Virus record (IMG/VR): IMGVR_UViG_3300031474_000004
Location: 58,339 to 78,338 of that record
Strand: one strand, 5' to 3'
Length of the DNA: 20,000 nucleotides
Source: an uncultured virus (IMG/VR IMGVR_UViG_3300031474_000004)
Lineage: Duplodnaviria > Heunggongvirae > Uroviricota > Caudoviricetes
The notes beneath the pieces are model-generated. The model worked only from the letters and a program-made list of their open reading frames with translations. It had not been told where the DNA came from and did no database searches. The first letter of the stretch is position 1. Each line of letters begins with the position of its first letter. This document shows, piece by piece, positions 7,275 to 16,305 of this stretch. The translations under genes and the position numbers were made by a program.

Positions 7275-7964
7275 GTGAATGCGTTGAAATTGTACGTACA
7301 AAACGTCTTGAATGAAAGAATCCGCTCGACAAGTGTGACATCTCCCCACGGTGATCTGAACGTGGGACCGTTCAAGCTTGAACAATTCAAGAAAATGAGC
7401 GGGCTTGCACAGATGCAAAATTACGTTGTTAAACGTCTTGAGTACGTTGCTGAGGGATCATCACGGCAGACATTCGTTTTAACGAGCACAAAGGTTCTAA
7501 AACTTGCCATCAATCGAGCAGGAATTGCTCAAAACGAGCAAGAGGTTGAGGTATTCACGGATCCTCGAACAAAAGATATCACGACTCGTATTTACGAGTA
7601 CGATCCCGACTTTTTTTGGATCGTGAGCGAGCTTGTCAAACCATTCGATGACAAGGATGACATTGAAGAATTTCTTGACGTTAGAATGCCGAATGCGACC
7701 GTTACAGCGGTCGATTTTTACGATTTTGTACTTGACGCAAGCGTCGGTGATGAACCATCGTATGAATCGCGTGCAAAGCTTCCCAACAGGGTAAAACAGG
7801 ATTTAGAACGCATTGCAAAGATGATTGAAGATCTTGTCGATCATCATAACATGTTGCCGGGTGATCTTGCGAAGGAATCTTCGTGGGGAAGATCATCTGA
7901 TGGACGTCTTGTGTTGTTGGATTACGGATTCACGCATCGTGTTAGAAATGATCACTATACATGA
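7275..7964 (+). CDS. Protein-kinase-like fold protein (probable start GTG 7275)
   Basis: Gly-loop-like AEGSSRQTF, KVLK lysine, QNEQE (alphaC Glu), hinge IVSELV, catalytic-loop-like GDLAKESSWG, and DFG-equivalent LLDYGF. Confidence 0.75.
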   Translation: MNALKLYVQNVLNERIRSTSVTSPHGDLNVGPFKLEQFKKMSGLAQMQNYVVKRLEYVAEGSSRQTFVLTSTKVLKLAINRAGIAQNEQEVEVFTDPRTKDITTRIYEYDPDFFWIVSELVKPFDDKDDIEEFLDVRMPNATVTAVDFYDFVLDASVGDEPSYESRAKLPNRVKQDLERIAKMIEDLVDHHNMLPGDLAKESSWGRSSDGRLVLLDYGFTHRVRNDHYT

Positions 7965-7987
7965 TGCATGACGGGTTCGCAGTGACA

Positions 7988-7993
7988 TACTTA
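7988..7993 (+). promoter_or_regulatory. Putative late-promoter motif caTACTTA, 7 nt before ATG 8001
   Basis: Recurrent motif; no SD. Confidence 0.55.
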
Positions 7994-8000
7994 CATCTAA

Positions 8001-8408
8001 ATGTCGCTCAACAACGCATCATCAGGTCTTTTTAACGCCGTCGAATACCAAGCTCCGGGATTTCCCTGGTTGACTTCTAGCGCGGCGAACACGACTCCTT
8101 CGAAGCTCAATTTCTTCAAGGTCACTCGAGGAATCACGGTGCGAAATCTGGGTGCAACACCGTTGCATATCGGGTTCACGCAATTGGGCGTCACCGCAAC
8201 GGGTTCCAATAGGTACACGATTCCCGCTTCTACGTCAGAGCGTCTCGAGATTCGAACCGCAGTGCTTTGGCTTCAGGCTGAATCAGGAACCGCGAACTAC
8301 AGCATTCTTGCCGAGTTAACGTTGATTGATGCAAAAATGATGCCCGAGCTCACTGGATCAACGTTGTCGGGTTCGGGTCAAGGATTTGGGTGGCAAGGTG
8401 TCGGGTGA
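8001..8408 (+). CDS. Hypothetical, probably virion-associated beta-rich protein (135 aa)
   Basis: Clean ATG ORF behind the putative late motif, at the head of the fibre module. Confidence 0.75.
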   Translation: MSLNNASSGLFNAVEYQAPGFPWLTSSAANTTPSKLNFFKVTRGITVRNLGATPLHIGFTQLGVTATGSNRYTIPASTSERLEIRTAVLWLQAESGTANYSILAELTLIDAKMMPELTGSTLSGSGQGFGWQGVG

Positions 8409-8456
8409 TGCAATTTTTTATTTAAGTAATTCAATTACTTACACGAGGATTCTATA

Positions 8457-8870
8457 ATGGGCGGTGCACTTTACGATAAGGGTCGAGAAGCGTTTCTTGG
8501 TCCAGCAACAGGTCAGATCAATTGGTTCAATGACACGATCAAAGCGTCATTGGTCAGTTCATCGTATGTTCCAGATCTAACCTCGCATCAGTTCGTTCCG
8601 TCAATTCATGCTCACACGGCCTCTCTGACAGCACAAACGGTCGGTTCAAGAACCGTGACTAACGGAGTGGCGGACGGTGACGATGTTTCATTCACTGCGG
8701 TTGCAGCGAACTTCGTGTTCGATTACGTTGCTCTTTTCAAGGACAGTGGTTCACCGAACACGTCACAATTGATTGCGCTGATCAGTGGATCTGGAATGCC
8801 ACTGACATCATCGGGAGCCGATATTTCTATCGTGTGGTCCAACTCAGCGAACAAAATATTCAAGTTGTAA
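8457..8870 (+). CDS. Putative minor tail/virion structural protein (137 aa)
   Basis: ALYDKGREAFL...INW..DTIK..LV and ADGDDVSF...W...NKIFKL resemble small phage structural proteins found next to fibre genes (recognised from memory). TACTTA at 8436-8441 and GAGG SD upstream. Confidence 0.75.
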   Translation: MGGALYDKGREAFLGPATGQINWFNDTIKASLVSSSYVPDLTSHQFVPSIHAHTASLTAQTVGSRTVTNGVADGDDVSFTAVAANFVFDYVALFKDSGSPNTSQLIALISGSGMPLTSSGADISIVWSNSANKIFKL

Positions 8871-8882
8871 CATACGTAATTC

Positions 8883-11800
8883 GTGTCATTCATAATTGCT
8901 GATTTTGTCAGAGAAACATCTCTAACTACCGGCACGTTCGCAATTCAGCTAAGCGGGTTAAGGTCACCTGGACAAACGTTTTCATCCGTGCTCGCGAACG
9001 GTGACACGCTAGATTACACGATAGCTCATGCTTCGTTGAATGAGTTCGAAACGGGTCTTGGAACGTACGATTCAGGAACGAATTCATTAGCTCGTTCGCT
9101 AGTTTACGCTTCATCGAATGGAAATTCTTTAGTAAATTTCAGTCCAGGTACGAAGAACGTTGATCTAAGCTATCCCGCTGAGCGTATCAAGCAAACTACA
9201 AATAGCATTCTGAATCTATCTGCTTCGGTGACAGCGAGTTTCTTGTCAGCAAGCAATTCGTTATCGTTCACGTCATCATCGTTATCTGTAACGGATCGTT
9301 CAATTCAATCGCAGATCAACTCCGTTTCAACGTCAGCAACTGCAAGCTTTTTGTCCGCATCGAATTCGATCACGACAACCTCTGCATCGATAAACAATAC
9401 AATCACAAACCTCAGAACGCCACAATTCGTTGTGCTTGCAGCAACGGGTGAAACCACGAATGAACGTGTTCTGACGTCAGGTGGGGGCGTGACACTAGCT
9501 GATGCAGGTGCGGGTTCTACGTTGACGCTAGGAATCAATAATTCCATCGTTGCAACGGTCTCGGGAACAACGTTCACTCAATTGACGGGATCCATTCAAA
9601 AAACCGCATCCGGTGTTTCATACCTGGCTGGAAGCCCCGACGTTTTCATCTCTTCGGCCTCAAATGGTCAGATAGGGGTTTCATTAAATCCTTCGTTCAG
9701 TTCTTCTCTCGTCAACGTCATTAATTCCGCGACATCTTCGTTCAATACATTGACATCACGAATCTCCTCCGTAGAAGTTTCTGCGACAGCGTCATTCTTG
9801 TCCGCGTCTAATTCGATTGGGGGACTGAGCTCGAGCGTCGTTCTGTCGTTCGTATCTTCGTCTAACGCTCTTACTGCGGCCTCATCGTCGTTCGTAACGA
9901 CGATCAACAATTTAAGTTCCACCGTCGTTTCTTCGTTCCTGTCTGCATCTAATTCTATTTCTGCGACTTCGGCATCGTTGAGCGTCACCGATCGATTGCT
10001 TTCTCAGTCTTTGGTCAACGTTATCGTTTCGACGACGAGCTCGTTTAACACTCTGACAAGCAGGATTACCTCAGTCGAGGTATCTGCAACCGCAAGTTTT
10101 CTTTCAGCTTCTAATTCAATCAACTCATTGAGTTCAAGCGTTGTCTTGTCATTCGTTTCTTCATCGAACGCTTTGACAACAACATCAGCATCGTTTGCAA
10201 CATCTGAAAGATTATTGTCACAATCTCTAGTTAACGTCATCAATTCTGCGACGTCTTCGTTCAACACGTTGACAAGCAGGATTGCTAGCGTTGAGGTCAG
10301 CGCAACCGCATCATTCTTATCTGCGTCTAACTCGATCACTGCGACATCATCGTCGTTCGTTACGACGATCAACAATTTAAGTTCAACTATTGTCGCTAGC
10401 TTCGTATCTGCGTCAAACGCTTGGATTGACAAGGCTTCGAATCAAACGATGACGGGAAACAAGTCATTTTCGGGCGGTTTGTCTGGCTCGGTTCAGAACC
10501 TATCGAACGGTACTTCGTACCTCGTTGCTGGTACGAACGTTACAATTGCATCGGCTTCGAGTGGACAAGTAACGATCTCTGCTATTTCTGCTGGTTCCGG
10601 TGATCCGAACGCGTCTTATGTTGTGATCGGTCTTACTGGATCACTGAATGCTGAACGTGCATTGACTGCTGGCACGGGATTGTTGTTGACTGATGGTGGT
10701 GTCAATTCGAACGTTACACTCGCGATCACTTCCGAATTCAGTTCATCATTACGGGACGTCATTGCATCGGCAACGTCTTCGTTAAATGTTCTTACTTCAC
10801 GAATCACCTCTGTCGAAGTTTCTGCCACTGCGTCGTTCTTATCAGCATCTAATTCAATCGCTGTGACATCATCTTCGTTTGTGACGACGATCAATAATCT
10901 TAGTTCGACGGTTGTATCATCGTTCCTATCGTCATCAAATGCCACCCAATTAACCTCGGCTTCGTTTGCAACGTCAGAACGCCTTCTTTCGCAATCGCTG
11001 GTTAATGTGATTACCTCTGCAACGGCATCATTTAACACGTTGACATCACGAATCTCCTCCGTAGAAGTTTCTGCGACAGCGTCATTCTTGTCCGCGTCTA
11101 ATTCAATAGGTTCGTTAAGTTCAAGCGTCATTCTTTCATTCGCTTCTTCGTCCACGTCACTACAAGCAACATCAGCTTCGATCAACGGAGCGATCACCAA
11201 TCTTCGAGTACCAAGTTTTGTCACCCTAGGAACGTCTTCTGAGTTATCAAACGAACGCGTTCTAACTCAAGGCGGTGGAATCACGTTGACTGATGCGGGG
11301 GCTGGATCCACAACAACCCTCGGAATCAACAACAATTTGATAGCAACGGTCACAGGATCCACCTTTGCTCAACTTTCGGGTTCCCTTCAAAGGTTAGCAG
11401 ATGGAACTTCTTACCTCGTAGCGGGGGCTGGAATGACAGTCTCAAGTGGTTCGAATGGTCAGATAACTTTAACAACCACGCTCGCTGATCCCGGTGCTGC
11501 GTATGTCTTGATTGGAACGACAGGATCTCTTGCGAACGAGAGAGCACTAGCTGTTGGCGCGGGATTGCTTTTGGTGGACGGTGGGGCGGGTGGAAACGTA
11601 ACTCTATCGATAACGTCTGAGTTCAGCTCATCCCTTAGGGATGTCATTGTATCCTCAACGTCATCGTTGAACGTTTTGACATCGCGAATTGCTTCAGTTG
11701 AAGTATCTGCGACGGCCTCGTTTTTGTCTGCTTCTAATTCAATCGGATCATTGAGCTCAAGCATTGTTCTTTCATTCGTATCAGCGTCGAACTCGTTACA

Positions 11801-14800
11801 ATCAACATCGGCTTCATTTGCAACGTCAGAACGCTTGCTTTCTCAGTCCCTCGTTAATGTTATCGTCTCAACAACTGCAAGCTTTTTGTCTGCTTCAACG
11901 TCAATTACAACGACGTCGGCATCAATAAACTCAACAATCAACGCATTGAGAATTCCTTCGTTCATTGCGCTTGCATCGTCAAACGAGCTAACAAATGAAC
12001 GAACTTTGACTCAAGGCGGGGGTATCACATTAACGGATGCTGGTGCTGGTTCGACGCTAACATTGGGAATCAACAACAACGTTATTTCCACCATTTCGGG
12101 TTCAACATTTTCCCAATTAACAGGTTCCATTCAAAAACTCGCTGACGGAACTTCGTACCTTGTCGCTGGTTCTAACATTACGATTTCATCCGCATCGAAC
12201 GGTCAGATCATGATTTCTTCTCCCACATCGGGAGGCGCCGCTGATCCGGGAGCCGCATACGTTCTAATTGGAACGACGGGTTCACTTGTAAACGAAAGAG
12301 CTTTAGTTGCTGGTACTGGTTTATCGTTGACTGATACTGGTGCTGGCGGAAACGTAACTTTAGCTATTACTTCTGAATTCAGCTCATCGCTGAGAGATGT
12401 CATTGCGTCTTCGACATCCTCATTTTTATCTGCTTCGAATTCAATCACTGCAACCTCATCTTCGTTCGTAACGACGATCTCAAACCTAAGTTCAACGGTT
12501 GTCGCCTCATTTCTATCATCGTCAAATGCATTAACTTTTACTTCCGCTTCGTTCACCAGTACTGATAGATTGTTATCACAATCGCTGGTGAACATCATTG
12601 TTTCGACAACAAGCTCGTTTAATACGCTGACATCAAGAATTGCGTCCGTCGAAGTATCAGCAACAGCATCGTTCCTATCTGCTTCGAATTCAATCGGATC
12701 ATTGAGTTCAAGCGTTATCTTGTCATTCGCATCTTCGTCGAACGCTCTAGCGGCAACATCGTCCTCGTTCGTAACGACGATCTCGAATCTCAGTTCGACC
12801 GTCGTAGCCTCGTTCTTATCGGCATCGAACTCGATCTCCACAACATCAGCATCACTCAGTGTTACCGATCGATTATTATCTCAGTCTCTAGTTAACGTCA
12901 TAATTTCTACAACATCATCTTTCAACACGTTAACGAGCAGGATTGCTTCGGTCGAAGTATCTGCAACAGCTTCATTTTTATCAGCTTCAAACTCAATCAC
13001 TGCGACATCATCGTCGTTCGTAACGACAATTTCAAATCTAAGTTCAAGTGTTGTTACAAGTTTCGTATCCGCATCAAACGTTTGGGTTGACAAGGCCTCG
13101 AATCAAACGATTTCAGGCAATAAATCATTCTCTGGTGGTCTTTCAGGTTCAGTTCAGAATCTATCGAACGGTACGTCGTACATCGTCGCTGGAACGAACA
13201 TAACGATCACCTCTGCTTCAAGTGGTCAGGTAACCATTTCATCAACTGCGACGGGTGGGGGTGCCGATCCGGGTGCAAATTACGTGCTCATCGGAACCAC
13301 AGGATCGCTTGCGAATGAACGAGCCTTAACCGCCGGAAGTGACTTAAATCTAACCGATGCGGGTGCCGGGGGAAACGTAACCATTGGATTGAATCAATCG
13401 TTCAGTTCGTCGTTGGTGAATGTAATCAATTCAGCAACCTCTTCTTTCAATGCATTAACGAGCAGGATTGATTCCGTTGAAGTTTCTGCCACGGCATCGT
13501 TCCTGTCGGCTTCGAATTCGATCGGTGCATTGAGTTCAAGCGTTGCATTATCTTTCATATCGGCATCGAATGCCTTGACAACGACCTCTTCTTCGTTCGT
13601 AACGTCGATCAGCTCCTCGTTTTCAGATTCGATCTTTGCAGGATTGAGAGTTTCGCAATCAACGTTCGATGCGACTGGAAGCGTCTCATCGATTCCAGAT
13701 TCGTACACAACGAATCCCGCGACGCAAACTAACAACCTTCGACGTCCGACGTTTCAATACTCGGACAACGGACAACCTTGTTTAAGGTTCCTCACGAACG
13801 ACACGCTGAGCTGGCCCATAACACCTTCGAATTCTGGAAATCAAAGGTGGGGCGTTGCATTTTGGGTCAAGTTCGATGATCTATCTGGAGTGAAGGCTCT
13901 CTTCACCACAATGACAACCGGCGGTGCTTCCGCGAATCGACTTCGATTCTACCAGCAAACTTCCGGTTTGACATGCGAGATCTACGCAACGTCAGTGGCC
14001 GGCAGGTTCGTGAATGCTGCGAACTGTCTTACTTTGGGTTGGAACTTCGTATCGTTCGAGTACGACTCGTTGCAACCCACAGAAGCTACCAAGGCGGTGA
14101 TCACCGTCAATGGTTCAGCACGTACAACGTCGTTCGGTAATCAAGGCGGGGGCGCTGCGATCGGTGACCTGATCTCGGTCACGGGAACTCATGTCATCGG
14201 TGACATTCAAAATGGAGCGCCCAGCCTTCCATTGAATGGCGTCATCGGTCCGAATTTATTCCTGTTCGGAAGTAAAATGTTCCAAGCAACAACGGGATTG
14301 TTGACGAATCGAGCTCGCCTCCAATTGATGGATTACGAGAAACCGATTGATCTTGCAACGATCCAGCCAGGACTCGTTGATCTCACGACGACGCAATCGA
14401 TCACCGGAAGCAAGACATTTCTGAATGGACTTTCGGGATCATTACAACAATTGTCGGGGGGATCATCGTACCTCGTCGCTGGTACGAACGTAACGATTGC
14501 TTCGGCTTCGAATGGACAGGTAACGATTTCATCAACGGCAACGGGAGGTTCGGGTGATTCGAACGCATCGTACGTCGTCATCGGGTTAACTGGTTCACTT
14601 AGCGCGGAACGTGCTCTTACAGCAGGAACTGGTTTGTCGTTGATCGACGGTGGTGCCAATTCGAACGTTACGTTAGCAATCACGAATGAATTCAGTTCAT
14701 CGTTACGAGACGTCATTGCAACAACAACATCTTCGTTCAATAACTTGACGTCAAGAATTGCGTCGGTCGAAGTTTCAGCAACGGCGAGTTTCCTTTCTGC

Positions 14801-16268
14801 GTCCAACTCAATCGGTGCTTTGAGTTCGTCAGTCGTTGCTTCGTTCCTGTCAAGCTCTAACGCTTTAACATTCACGTCTGCATCATTGAGCGTGACCGAT
14901 CGTTTATTGTCACAGTCACTCGTCAACGTTATAATTTCTGCGACAGCAAGTTTCTTATCCGCGTCGAACTCAATTCAATTACTAAGTTCAAGCGTCGTCG
15001 CTTCATTCCTGTCTTCATCGAATGCTTTAACGTTCACATCAGCTTCTTTACGAGATGCAGACAAATTACTTTCACAGTCGTTGACGAACGTCATTGTTTC
15101 TGCGACCGCATCGTTCTTATCTGCTTCGAATTCGATCGGTTCGTTGAGCTCGAGCGTCGTTTTATCGTTCGCATCCTCATCCGTGGCTTTACAAACTACA
15201 TCAGCATCAATAAATGGAACGATCGCCAATCTTCGAGTTCCCAGCTTCGTAACGTTAGGAACGACAATTGAATTAACGAATGAACGTGTTCTCACACAGG
15301 GTGGTGGAATAACTCTCACTGATGCTGGTGCAGGATCGACCGTAACACTGGGTATCAACAACAACACGATTGCCACCGTTTCGGGAAGCACGTTCACTCA
15401 ACTCTCTGGTTCTCTTCAAAAGTTAGCTAACGGCACGTCATATCTGGTCGGTGGCATCGGCGTCAACGTTACAAGTGCATCTAATGGCCAAATAACGTTG
15501 ACAACAACGGGCACTTTGCTTAGAGCGCCTCAATATTGTTTGACAGGCACTTTGAGTATAATTCATCCCGTCGGTACTAGAATCATCTTTGTCAAAGGAG
15601 TCGGCGGCGGCGGTGCGGGAGGGGGCTCGGCCGCTACCGCTTATACGGGCGGCGCTTGCGGCGGGTCCGCAACATACGCAGAAAAAACAATCACGATATC
15701 ATCGTTAACTTCAACGTACGTGATCGGCGCGGCAGGTGCTGGAGTCTCAGGTGCGGATGGTGGCGACGGGGGAAGTAGCTCGTTTACGAATGGTTCCACA
15801 ACCGTCTCCGTACCTGGTGGTAGCGGTGGATCAATATCATCAACTGCAGCGGGTACTTGGGTCACTGCCGCTGGTGGACCCGGCGGCGGCAATGCTACAA
15901 ATGCTGACTTTTCAATCAACGGACAAAGAGGTGGTTCTTACGTTCGTGATTCCCAAGTAACGCCCGCTCGATGGCACACGGATGCCGGAGGAAGTTGTTG
16001 TTTGGGTAACGGTGGGGCAAGTCAAGCAAGAATTGACAACACGTCAGTTGCTGGCGGAGCTGCGACAGGCTTTGGTTCAGGCGGCGGCGGCCGTCTGCAA
16101 GGTAATTCCGCGGTGGCAAACCCCGGCGCCGCGGGAACTGCTGGTGTATGGATGGTTGAAGAGTATTCTGCTAAAATTAAACGTTTACAAGTAGTTGAAT
16201 TTTTATACGGCCCAGATCATGAAAGAAAGAATGTATTTTGTGTACGCAGATCGAACAGATGTAGGTGA
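8883..16268 (+). CDS. Giant Ser/Thr-rich repetitive tail fibre/adhesin (2461 aa)
   Basis: N-terminal anchor-type domain (ADFVRETS.TTGT...EFETGLGTY...SSNGNSLVNFSPGTKNV..SYPA). Many SVEVSATASFLSASNSI and NER.LT.G.G..L.D.G repeats; three Q[TS].[ST]G.K[ST]F fibre motifs; a LamG/ConA-like insert (about 13620-14350); a C-terminal Gly-rich domain (about 15510-16170). Confidence 0.85.
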   Translation: MSFIIADFVRETSLTTGTFAIQLSGLRSPGQTFSSVLANGDTLDYTIAHASLNEFETGLGTYDSGTNSLARSLVYASSNGNSLVNFSPGTKNVDLSYPAERIKQTTNSILNLSASVTASFLSASNSLSFTSSSLSVTDRSIQSQINSVSTSATASFLSASNSITTTSASINNTITNLRTPQFVVLAATGETTNERVLTSGGGVTLADAGAGSTLTLGINNSIVATVSGTTFTQLTGSIQKTASGVSYLAGSPDVFISSASNGQIGVSLNPSFSSSLVNVINSATSSFNTLTSRISSVEVSATASFLSASNSIGGLSSSVVLSFVSSSNALTAASSSFVTTINNLSSTVVSSFLSASNSISATSASLSVTDRLLSQSLVNVIVSTTSSFNTLTSRITSVEVSATASFLSASNSINSLSSSVVLSFVSSSNALTTTSASFATSERLLSQSLVNVINSATSSFNTLTSRIASVEVSATASFLSASNSITATSSSFVTTINNLSSTIVASFVSASNAWIDKASNQTMTGNKSFSGGLSGSVQNLSNGTSYLVAGTNVTIASASSGQVTISAISAGSGDPNASYVVIGLTGSLNAERALTAGTGLLLTDGGVNSNVTLAITSEFSSSLRDVIASATSSLNVLTSRITSVEVSATASFLSASNSIAVTSSSFVTTINNLSSTVVSSFLSSSNATQLTSASFATSERLLSQSLVNVITSATASFNTLTSRISSVEVSATASFLSASNSIGSLSSSVILSFASSSTSLQATSASINGAITNLRVPSFVTLGTSSELSNERVLTQGGGITLTDAGAGSTTTLGINNNLIATVTGSTFAQLSGSLQRLADGTSYLVAGAGMTVSSGSNGQITLTTTLADPGAAYVLIGTTGSLANERALAVGAGLLLVDGGAGGNVTLSITSEFSSSLRDVIVSSTSSLNVLTSRIASVEVSATASFLSASNSIGSLSSSIVLSFVSASNSLQSTSASFATSERLLSQSLVNVIVSTTASFLSASTSITTTSASINSTINALRIPSFIALASSNELTNERTLTQGGGITLTDAGAGSTLTLGINNNVISTISGSTFSQLTGSIQKLADGTSYLVAGSNITISSASNGQIMISSPTSGGAADPGAAYVLIGTTGSLVNERALVAGTGLSLTDTGAGGNVTLAITSEFSSSLRDVIASSTSSFLSASNSITATSSSFVTTISNLSSTVVASFLSSSNALTFTSASFTSTDRLLSQSLVNIIVSTTSSFNTLTSRIASVEVSATASFLSASNSIGSLSSSVILSFASSSNALAATSSSFVTTISNLSSTVVASFLSASNSISTTSASLSVTDRLLSQSLVNVIISTTSSFNTLTSRIASVEVSATASFLSASNSITATSSSFVTTISNLSSSVVTSFVSASNVWVDKASNQTISGNKSFSGGLSGSVQNLSNGTSYIVAGTNITITSASSGQVTISSTATGGGADPGANYVLIGTTGSLANERALTAGSDLNLTDAGAGGNVTIGLNQSFSSSLVNVINSATSSFNALTSRIDSVEVSATASFLSASNSIGALSSSVALSFISASNALTTTSSSFVTSISSSFSDSIFAGLRVSQSTFDATGSVSSIPDSYTTNPATQTNNLRRPTFQYSDNGQPCLRFLTNDTLSWPITPSNSGNQRWGVAFWVKFDDLSGVKALFTTMTTGGASANRLRFYQQTSGLTCEIYATSVAGRFVNAANCLTLGWNFVSFEYDSLQPTEATKAVITVNGSARTTSFGNQGGGAAIGDLISVTGTHVIGDIQNGAPSLPLNGVIGPNLFLFGSKMFQATTGLLTNRARLQLMDYEKPIDLATIQPGLVDLTTTQSITGSKTFLNGLSGSLQQLSGGSSYLVAGTNVTIASASNGQVTISSTATGGSGDSNASYVVIGLTGSLSAERALTAGTGLSLIDGGANSNVTLAITNEFSSSLRDVIATTTSSFNNLTSRIASVEVSATASFLSASNSIGALSSSVVASFLSSSNALTFTSASLSVTDRLLSQSLVNVIISATASFLSASNSIQLLSSSVVASFLSSSNALTFTSASLRDADKLLSQSLTNVIVSATASFLSASNSIGSLSSSVVLSFASSSVALQTTSASINGTIANLRVPSFVTLGTTIELTNERVLTQGGGITLTDAGAGSTVTLGINNNTIATVSGSTFTQLSGSLQKLANGTSYLVGGIGVNVTSASNGQITLTTTGTLLRAPQYCLTGTLSIIHPVGTRIIFVKGVGGGGAGGGSAATAYTGGACGGSATYAEKTITISSLTSTYVIGAAGAGVSGADGGDGGSSSFTNGSTTVSVPGGSGGSISSTAAGTWVTAAGGPGGGNATNADFSINGQRGGSYVRDSQVTPARWHTDAGGSCCLGNGGASQARIDNTSVAGGAATGFGSGGGGRLQGNSAVANPGAAGTAGVWMVEEYSAKIKRLQVVEFLYGPDHERKNVFCVRRSNRCR
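9190..15510 (+). repeat. Array of degenerate protein-level repeats within the fibre gene, including an exact 65-bp duplicate (9750-9814 = 11040-11104)
   Basis: The peptide modules are visible in the translation; the DNA identity was checked base by base. Confidence 0.9.
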
Positions 16269-16302
16269 ACCTTTAGAGCCCCCGGCGAAAAGCGATATTT
16301 AA
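16219..16302 (+). pseudogene. Possible truncated GIY-YIG endonuclease remnant (MKERMYFVYADRTDVGEPLEPPAKSDI*)
   Basis: YFVY.D.T..GEP resembles the first half of phage GIY-YIG N-termini, but the expected (F)YVGKG is missing. Confidence 0.35.
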
Positions 16303-16305
16303 CTC

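Noticed and set aside
9305..15919. Many long minus-strand ORFs (90-212 aa) inside the fibre gene
   Set aside because: They are antisense shadows of the repetitive Ser/Thr/Ala codons, mirror the same repeats, and have no independent start signals.
8883..16268. Diversity-generating retroelement acting on the fibre
   Set aside because: No reverse transcriptase is in the window, and I saw no repeat pair differing only at adenines; repeat differences are mostly synonymous.
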